Under the pieces are notes generated by a model. That model made no database searches. It had not been told where the DNA came from and saw only the letters and a list, made by a program, of their open reading frames with translations. A program made the translations under genes and the position numbers. A stretch of DNA of 64,000 nt from Auanema rhodensis (Eukaryota > Animalia > Nematoda). The stretch is taken from the NCBI GenBank assembly GCA_964057225.1, contig OZ059897.1, forward strand, positions 1,054,001 through 1,118,000, in the 5' to 3' direction. Below are positions 54,725 through 64,000 of the stretch, in pieces; the first letter of the stretch is position 1; the number at the start of each line of letters is the position of its first letter.

Positions 54725-57700
54725 TCACCCTGAAGAATTAATTTTTTCGTTGAATAACATTGTCCATCGTCTTTGCCTTGAAAAAAGGAATCCAAACACA
54801 TCTACTTTTCGTGAAATTATTCTGAAATTTTTCGGGAAAATTTTTGTCAAAATGTTTTTGGAAGCAATGTTGAGTGTACATGGAAACTCAACATACACTA
54901 ATGCATCATTTTTCAAACAATCATAAATAATTTTTGTATTGAGCGTTTTTCCATGTAGTATAATGCATTCGATGCGGATTTTTAAGCTGCGTCGATCTGT
55001 GTTATCAGATTTGAGTTAGCTTAAAAATGCACCGAGATATCAACTGATATAAGTTCACACTTATATCCTCGATTTTCACCCTGAAGAATTAATTTTTTCG
55101 TTGAAAAACATTGTCCATGGTCTTCGCCTTAAAAAAAGGAAATTAGAAACATTTACTTTCTGTAAAATTATCTTGAAATTTTTCGGGATAATTTTTGTCA
55201 AAATGTTTTTGGAAGCAATGTTGAGTGTACATGGAAACTCAACATACACTAATGCATCATTTTTCAAACAATCATAAATAATTTTTGTATTGAGCGTTTC
55301 TCAATGTTATATAGTGCATTCGATGCGGATTTTTAAGCTGCGTCGATCTGTGTTATTAGATTTGAGTTAGCTTAAAAATGCACCGAGATATCAACTGATA
55401 TAAGTTCACACTTATATCCTCGATTTTCACCCTGAAGAATTAATTTTTTCGTTGAATAACATTGTCCATCGTCTTCGCCTTGAAAATAGGAATTTAAAAA
55501 CATCTACTTTTCGTGAAATTATTTTGAAATTTTTCGGGAAAATTTTTGTCAAAATGTTTTTGGAAGCAATGTTGAGTGTACATGGAAACTCAACATACAC
55601 TAATGCATCATTTTTCAAACGATCATAACTAATTTTTGTATTGAGCGTTTCTTAAAGTATTATAGTGCATTCGATGCGGATTTTTAAGCTGCGTCGATCT
55701 GTGTTTTCAGATTTGCACTAGCTTAAAAATGCACCGAGATATCAACTGATATAAGTTCACACTTATACCCTCGATTTTCACCCTGAAGAATTAATTTTTT
55801 CGTTGAATAACATTGTCCATCGTCTTTGCCTTGAAAAAAGGAATCCAAACACATCTACTTTTCGTGAAATTATTCTGAAATTTTTCGGGAAAATTTTTGT
55901 CAAAATGTTTTTGGAAGCAATGTTGAGTGTACATGGAAACTCAACATACACTAATGCATCATTTTTCAAACGATCATAACTAATTTTTGTATTGAGCGTT
56001 TCTTAAAGTATTATAGTGCATTCGATGCGGATTTTTAAGCTGCGTCGATCTGTCTTATCCGATTTGCGCTAGCTTAAAAATGCACCGAGATATCAACTGA
56101 TATAAGTTCACACTTATATCCTCGATTTTCACTCTGAAGAATTAATTTTTTCGTTGAATAACATTGTCCATCGTCTTCGCCTTAAAAAAAAGAATCTAAA
56201 AACATCTACTTTTTGTAAAATTATCTTGAAATTTTTTGGGGAAATTTTTGTCAAAATGTTTTTGGAAGCAATGTTGAGTGTACATGGAAACTCAACATAC
56301 ACTAATGCATCATTTTTCAAACAATCATAAATAATTTTTGTATTGAGCGTTTTTCAATGTAGTATAATGCATTCGATGCGGATTTTTAAGCTGCGTCGAT
56401 CTGTGTTATCAGATTTGAGTTAGCTTAAAAATGCACCGAGATATCAACTGATATAAGTTCACACTTATATCCTCGATTTTCACCCTGAAGAATTAATTTT
56501 TTCGTTGAATAAAATTGTCCATCGTCTTCGCCTTGAGAAAAGGAATCTAAGAACATCTAGTTTTTGTAAAATTATCTTGAAATTTTTCGGGAAAATTTTT
56601 GTCAAAATGTTTTTGGAAGCAATGTTGAGTGTACAAGGAAACTCAACATACACTAATGCATCATTTTTCAAACAATCATAAATAATTTTTGTATTGAGCG
56701 TTTCTCAATGTGGTATAGTGCATTCGGAACAAATGTTTAAGCTGCGTCGATCTGTGTTATCAGATTTGCGCTAGCTTAAAAATGCACCGAGATATCAACT
56801 GATATAAGTTCACACTTATATCCTCGATTTTCACCCTGAAGAATTAATTTGTTCGTTAAATAACATTGTCCATCGTCTTCGCCTTGAAAAAAGAAATCTA
56901 AAAACATCTACTTTTCGTAAAAGTATCTTGAAATTTTTCAGGAAAATTTTTGTCAAAATGTTTTTGGAAGCAATGTTGAGTGTACATGGAAACTCAACAT
57001 ACACTAATGCATCATTTTTCAAACGATCATAACTAATTTTTGTATTGAGCGTTTCTTAATGTTGTATAGTGCATTTGATGCGGATTTTTAAGCTGCGTCG
57101 ATCTGTCTTATCCGATTTGCGCTAGCTTAAAAATGCACCGAGATATCAACTGATATAAGTTCACACTTATATCCTCGATTTTCACTCTGAAGAATTAATT
57201 TTTTCGTTGAATAACATTGTCCATCGTCTTCGCCTTGAAAAAAAGAATCTAAAAACATCTACTTTTTGTGAAATTATCTTGAAATTTTTTGGGGAAATTT
57301 TTGTCAAAATGTTTTTGGAAGCAATGTTGAGTGTACATGGAAACTCAACATACACTAATGCATCATTTTTCAAACAATCATAAATAATTTTTGTATTGAG
57401 CGTTTTTCAATGTAGTATAATGCATTCGATGCGGATTTTTAAGCTGCGTCGATCTGTGTTATCAGATTTGAGTTAGCTTAAAAATGCACCGAGATATCAA
57501 CTGATATAAGTTCACACTTATATCCTCGTTTTTCACCCTGAAGAATTAATTTTTTCGTTGAAAAACATTGTCCATGGTCTTCGCCTTAAAAAAAGGAAAT
57601 TAGAAACATTTACTTTCTGTAAAATTATCTTGAAATTTTTCGGGATAATTTTTGTCAAAATGTTTTTGGAAGCAATGTTGAGTGTACATGGAAACTCAAC

Positions 57701-60700
57701 ATACACTAATGCATCATTTTTCAAACAATCATAAATAATTTTTGTATTGAGCGTTTCTCAATGTTATATAGTGCATTCGATGCGGATTTTTAAGCTGCGT
57801 CGATCTGTGTTATTAGATTTGAGTTAGCTTAAAAATGCACCGAGATATCAACTGATATAAGTTCACACTTATATCCTCGATTTTCACCCTGAAGAATTAA
57901 TTTTTTCGTTGAATAAAATTGTCCATCGTCTTCGCCTTGAGAGAAGGAATCTAAGAACATCTAGTTTTTGTAAAATTATTTTGAAATTTTTCGGGAAAAT
58001 TTTTGTCAAAATGTTTTTGGAAGCAATGTTGAGTGTACATGGAAACTCAACATACACTAATGCATCATTTTTCAAACAATCATAAATAATTTTTGTATTG
58101 AGCGTTTCTCAATGTGGTATAGTGCATTCGGAACAAATGTTTAAGCTGCGTCGATCTGTGTTATCAGATTTGCGCTAGCTTAAAAATGCACCGAGATATC
58201 AATTGAAATAAGTTCACACTTATATCCTCGATTTTCACCCTGAAGAATTAATTTTTTCGTTGAATAACATTGTCCATCGTCTTCGCCTTAAAAAAAAGAA
58301 TCTAAAAACATCTAGTTTTTGTAGAATTATCTTGAAATTTTTCGGGATAATTTTTGTCAAAATGTTTTTGGAAGCAATGTTGAGTGTACATGGAAACTCA
58401 ACATACACTAATGCATCATTTTTCAAACAATCATAAATAATTTTTGTATTGAGCGTTTCTCAATGTTATATAGTGCATTCGATGCGGATTTTTAAGCTGC
58501 GTCGATCTGTGTTATTAGATTTGAGTTAGCTTAAAAATGCACCGAGATATCAACTGATATAAGTTCACACTTATATCCTCGATTTTCACCCTGAAGAATT
58601 AATTTTTTCGTTGAATAAAATTGTCCATCGTCTTCGCCTTGAGAGAAGGAATCTAAGAACATCTAGTTTTTGTAAAATTATTTTGAAATTTTTCGGGAAA
58701 ATTTTTGTCAAAATGTTTTTGGAAGCAATGTTGAGTGTACATGGAAACTCAACATACACTAATGCATCATTTTTCAAACAATCATAAATAATTTTTGTAT
58801 TGAGCGTTTCTCAATGTGGTATAGTGCATTCGGAACAAATGTTTAAGCTGCGTCGATCTGTGTTATCAGATTTGCGCTAGCTTAAAAATGCACCGAGATA
58901 TCAATTGAAATAAGTTCACACTTATATCCTCGATTTTCACCCTGAAGAATTAATTTTTTCGTTGAATAACATTGTCCATCGTCTTCGCCTTAAAAAAAAG
59001 AATCTAAAAACATCTAGTTTTTGTAGAATTATCTTGAAATTTTTCGGGAAAATTTTTGTCAAAATGTTTTTGGAAGCAATGTTGAGTGTACATGGAAACT
59101 CAACATACACTAATGCATCATTTTTCAAACAATCATAAATAATTTTTGTATTGAGCGTTTATCCATGTAGTATAGTGCCTTCGATGCGGATTTTTAAGCT
59201 GCGTCGATCTGTGTTATCAGATTTGAGTTAGCTTAAAAATGCACCGAGATATCAACTGATATAAGTTCACACTTATATCCTCGATTTTCACCCTGAAGAA
59301 TTAATTTTTTCGTTGAATAATAATGTCCATCGTCTTCGCCTTGAAAAAAGGAATCTAAAAACTTCTACTCTTCGTTAAATTATCTTGAAATTTTTCGGGA
59401 AAATTTTTGTCAAAATGTTTTTGGAAGCAATGTTGAGTGTACATGGAAACTCAACATACACTAATGCATCATTTTTCAAACAATCATAAATAATTTTTGT
59501 ATTGAGCGTTTCTTAATGTATTATAGTGCATTCGATGCGGATTTTTAAGCTGCTTCGATCTGTGTTATCAGATTTGCGCTAGCTTAGAAATGCACCGAGA
59601 TATCAACTGATATAAGTTCACACTTATATCCTCGATTTTCACCCTGAAGAATTAATTTTTTCGTTGAATAACATTGTCCATCGTCTTCGCCTTGAAAATA
59701 GGAATTTAAAAACATCTACTTTTCGTGAAATTATTTTGAAATTTTTCGGGAAAATTTTTGTCAAAATGTTTTTGGAAGCAATGTTGAGTGTACATGGAAA
59801 CTCAACATACACTAATGCATCATTTTTCAAACGATCATAACTAATTTTTGTATTGAGCGTTTCTTAAAGTATTATAGTGCATTCGATGCGGATTTTTAAG
59901 CTGCGTCGATCTGTGTTTTCAGATTTGCACTAGCTTAAAAATGCACCGAGATATCAACTGATATAAGTTCACACTTATACCCTCGATTTTCACCCTGAAG
60001 AATTAATTTTTTCGTTGAATAACATTGTCCATCGTCTTTGCCTTGAAAAAAGGAATCCAAACACATCTACTTTTCGTGAAATTATTCTGAAATTTTTCGG
60101 GAAAATTTTTGTCAAAATGTTTTTGGAAGCAATGTTGAGTGTACATGGAAACTCAACATACACTAATGCATCATTTTTCAAACAATCATAAATAATTTTT
60201 GTATTGAGCGTTTTTCCATGTAGTATAATGCATTCGATGCGGATTTTTAAGCTGCGTCGATCTGTGTTATCAGATTTGAGTTAGCTTAAAAATGCACCGA
60301 GATATCAACTGATATAAGTTCACACTTATATCCTCGATTTTCACCCTGAAGAATTAATTTTTTCGTTGAAAAACATTGTCCATGGTCTTCGCCTTAAAAA
60401 AAGGAAATTAGAAACATTTACTTTCTGTAAAATTATCTTGAAATTTTTCGGGATAATTTTTGTCAAAATGTTTTTGGAAGCAATGTTGAGTGTACATGGA
60501 AACTCAACATACACTAATGCATCATTTTTCAAACAATCATAAATAATTTTTGTATTGAGCGTTTCTCAATGTTATATAGTGCATTCGATGCGGATTTTTA
60601 AGCTGCGTCGATCTGTGTTATTAGATTTGAGTTAGCTTAAAAATGCACCGAGATATCAACTGATATAAGTTCACACTTATATCCTCGATTTTCACCCTGA

Positions 60701-63700
60701 AGAATTAATTTTTTCGTTGAATAACATTGTCCATCGTCTTCGCCTTGAAAATAGGAATTTAAAAACATCTACTTTTCGTGAAATTATTTTGAAATTTTTC
60801 GGGAAAATTTTTGTCAAAATGTTTTTGGAAGCAATGTTGAGTGTACATGGAAACTCAACATACACTAATGCATCATTTTTCAAACGATCATAACTAATTT
60901 TTGTATTGAGCGTTTCTTAAAGTATTATAGTGCATTCGATGCGGATTTTTAAGCTGCGTCGATCTGTGTTTTCAGATTTGCACTAGCTTAAAAATGCACC
61001 GAGATATCAACTGATATAAGTTCACACTTATACCCTCGATTTTCACCCTGAAGAATTAATTTTTTCGTTGAATAACATTGTCCATCGTCTTTGCCTTGAA
61101 AAAAGGAATCCAAACACATCTACTTTTCGTGAAATTATTCTGAAATTTTTCGGGAAAATTTTTGTCAAAATGTTTTTGGAAGCAATGTTGAGTGTACATG
61201 GAAACTCAACATACACTAATGCATCATTTTTCAAACGATCATAACTAATTTTTGTATTGAGCGTTTCTTAAAGTATTATAGTGCATTCGATGCGGATTTT
61301 TAAGCTGCGTCGATCTGTCTTATCCGATTTGCGCTAGCTTAAAAATGCACCGAGATATCAACTGATATAAGTTCACACTTATATCCTCGATTTTCACTCT
61401 GAAGAATTAATTTTTTCGTTGAATAACATTGTCCATCGTCTTCGCCTTAAAAAAAAGAATCTAAAAACATCTACTTTTTGTAAAATTATCTTGAAATTTT
61501 TTGGGGAAATTTTTGTCAAAATGTTTTTGGAAGCAATGTTGAGTGTACATGGAAACTCAACATACACTAATGCATCATTTTTCAAACAATCATAAATAAT
61601 TTTTGTATTGAGCGTTTTTCAATGTAGTATAATGCATTCGATGCGGATTTTTAAGCTGCGTCGATCTGTGTTATCAGATTTGAGTTAGCTTAAAAATGCA
61701 CCGAGATATCAACTGATATAAGTTCACACTTATATCCTCGATTTTCACCCTGAAGAATTAATTTTTTCGTTGAATAAAATTGTCCATCGTCTTCGCCTTG
61801 AGAAAAGGAATCTAAGAACATCTAGTTTTTGTAAAATTATCTTGAAATTTTTCGGGAAAATTTTTGTCAAAATGTTTTTGGAAGCAATGTTGAGTGTACA
61901 AGGAAACTCAACATACACTAATGCATCATTTTTCAAACAATCATAAATAATTTTTGTATTGAGCGTTTCTCAATGTGGTATAGTGCATTCGGAACAAATG
62001 TTTAAGCTGCGTCGATCTGTGTTATCAGATTTGCGCTAGCTTAAAAATGCACCGAGATATCAACTGATATAAGTTCACACTTATATCCTCGATTTTCACC
62101 CTGAAGAATTAATTTGTTCGTTAAATAACATTGTCCATCGTCTTCGCCTTGAAAAAAGAAATCTAAAAACATCTACTTTTCGTAAAAGTATCTTGAAATT
62201 TTTCAGGAAAATTTTTGTCAAAATGTTTTTGGAAGCAATGTTGAGTGTACATGGAAACTCAACATACACTAATGCATCATTTTTCAAACGATCATAACTA
62301 ATTTTTGTATTGAGCGTTTCTTAATGTTGTATAGTGCATTTGATGCGGATTTTCAAGCTGCGTCGATCTGTCTTATCCGATTTGCGCTAGCTTAAAAATG
62401 CACCGAGATATCAACTGATATAAGTTCACACTTATATCCTCGATTTTCACTCTGAAGAATTAATTTTTTCGTTGAATAACATTGTCCATCGTCTTCGCCT
62501 TGAAAAAAAGAATCTAAAAACATCTACTTTTTGTGAAATTATCTTGAAATTTTTTGGGGAAATTTTTGTCAAAATGTTTTTGGAAGCAATGTTGAGTGTA
62601 CATGGAAACTCAACATACACTAATGCATCATTTTTCAAACAATCATAAATAATTTTTGTATTGAGCGTTTTTCAATGTAGTATAATGCATTCGATGCGGA
62701 TTTTTAAGCTGCGTCGATCTGTGTTATTAGATTTGAGTTAGCTTAAAAATGCACCGAGATATCAACTGATATAAGTTCACACTTATATCCTCGATTTTCA
62801 CCCTGAAGAATTAATTTTTTCGTTGAATAAAATTGTCCATCGTCTTCGCCTTGAGAGAAGGAATCTAAGAACATCTAGTTTTTGTAAAATTATTTTGAAA
62901 TTTTTCGGGAAAATTTTTGTCAAAATGTTTTTGGAAGCAATGTTGAGTGTACATGGAAACTCAACATACACTAATGCATCATTTTTCAAACAATCATAAA
63001 TAATTTTTGTATTGAGCGTTTCTCAATGTGGTATAGTGCATTCGGAACAAATGTTTAAGCTGCGTCGATCTGTGTTATCAGATTTGCGCTAGCTTAAAAA
63101 TGCACCGAGATATCAATTGAAATAAGTTCACACTTATATCCTCGATTTTCACCCTGAAGAATTAATTTTTTCGTTGAATAACATTGTCCATCGTCTTCGC
63201 CTTAAAAAAAAGAATCTAAAAACATCTAGTTTTTGTAGAATTATCTTGAAATTTTTCGGGATAATTTTTGTCAAAATGTTTTTGGAAGCAATGTTGAGTG
63301 TACATGGAAACTCAACATACACTAATGCATCATTTTTCAAACAATCATAAATAATTTTTGTATTGAGCGTTTCTCAATGTTATATAGTGCATTCGATGCG
63401 GATTTTTAAGCTGCGTCGATCTGTGTTATTAGATTTGAGTTAGCTTAAAAATGCACCGAGATATCAACTGATATAAGTTCACACTTATATCCTCGATTTT
63501 CACCCTGAAGAATTAATTTTTTCGTTGAATAAAATTGTCCATCGTCTTCGCCTTGAGAGAAGGAATCTAAGAACATCTAGTTTTTGTAAAATTATTTTGA
63601 AATTTTTCGGGAAAATTTTTGTCAAAATGTTTTTGGAAGCAATGTTGAGTGTACATGGAAACTCAACATACACTAATGCATCATTTTTCAAACAATCATA

Positions 63701-64000
63701 AATAATTTTTGTATTGAGCGTTTCTCAATGTGGTATAGTGCATTCGGAACAAATGTTTAAGCTGCGTCGATCTGTGTTATCAGATTTGCGCTAGCTTAAA
63801 AATGCACCGAGATATCAATTGAAATAAGTTCACACTTATATCCTCGATTTTCACCCTGAAGAATTAATTTTTTCGTTGAATAACATTGTCCATCGTCTTC
63901 GCCTTAAAAAAAAGAATCTAAGAACATCTAGTTTTTGTAAAATTATTTTGAAATTTTTCGGGAAAATTTTTGTCAAAATGTTTTTGGAAGCAATGTTGAG
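54023..64000 (+). repeat. 15-monomer tandem duplication (5265-bp offset); the second copy lacks one monomer
   Basis: Private SNPs recur at a 5265 offset: gtacaagg at 56636 and 61901, and aatttgttcgttaaa at about 56851 and 62116. Monomer 57533 has no counterpart between 62447 and 62798. Confidence 0.9.

Larger units (their letters stand above)
1..64000. repeat. Tandem satellite DNA array, 351-bp monomer, about 182 head-to-tail copies, extending beyond both window edges
   Basis: The landmark tcaccctgaagaatt recurs at 326, 677, 1028 and onward to 63500 and 63851. 63500-326 = 180x351-6. Copies differ only by scattered substitutions and rare 1-bp indels, with no inversions or insertions. Confidence 0.99.

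Noticed and set aside
326-63691. Repeated 63-aa minus-strand ORF (MKNDALVYVEF...) and its 68-aa and 80-aa variants as a tandem gene family
   Set aside because: It starts at TTG rather than ATG, and the K/F/I/N-rich composition mirrors the A/T tracts. It is freely broken by stops, start loss and frameshifts in many monomers, variants are largely non-synonymous, and I recognise no domain.
1-64000. CRISPR array or integron-like cassette array
   Set aside because: There are no unique spacers or cassettes. The DNA between the dyads is itself repeated, and no cas or integrase gene is present.
1-64000. Tandem 5S rRNA, tRNA, snRNA or histone gene array
   Set aside because: I see no recognisable RNA gene sequence, Pol III A/B/C boxes or coding unit in the monomer.
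1-64000. Assembly or concatemer artefact
   Set aside because: Monomers carry structured, shared haplotypes and hierarchical duplications rather than identical copies or random errors. Individual block copy numbers still need read support.

Overview
The whole 64-kb window is one uninterrupted head-to-tail array of an AT-rich 351-bp satellite monomer, about 182 copies, all in the same orientation. I see no genes, transposon insertions or unique sequence. The repeated 63-aa ORFs are by-products of the repeat and are not credible genes. Each monomer carries three inverted repeats (two perfect 9-bp stems and one imperfect hairpin of about 67 bp), many A/T tracts, and traces of an older two-subunit structure. 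Diagnostic variants show nested local higher-order repeats and block duplications of 2 to 15 monomers, plus subfamily domains. Monomer length is very stable: all 10 one-base indels I could locate fall between 26.8 and 38.6 kb. This looks like eukaryotic (peri)centromeric or heterochromatic satellite DNA, plausibly from an insect or other invertebrate, but neither organism nor function can be established from the sequence alone. All analysis was by eye.
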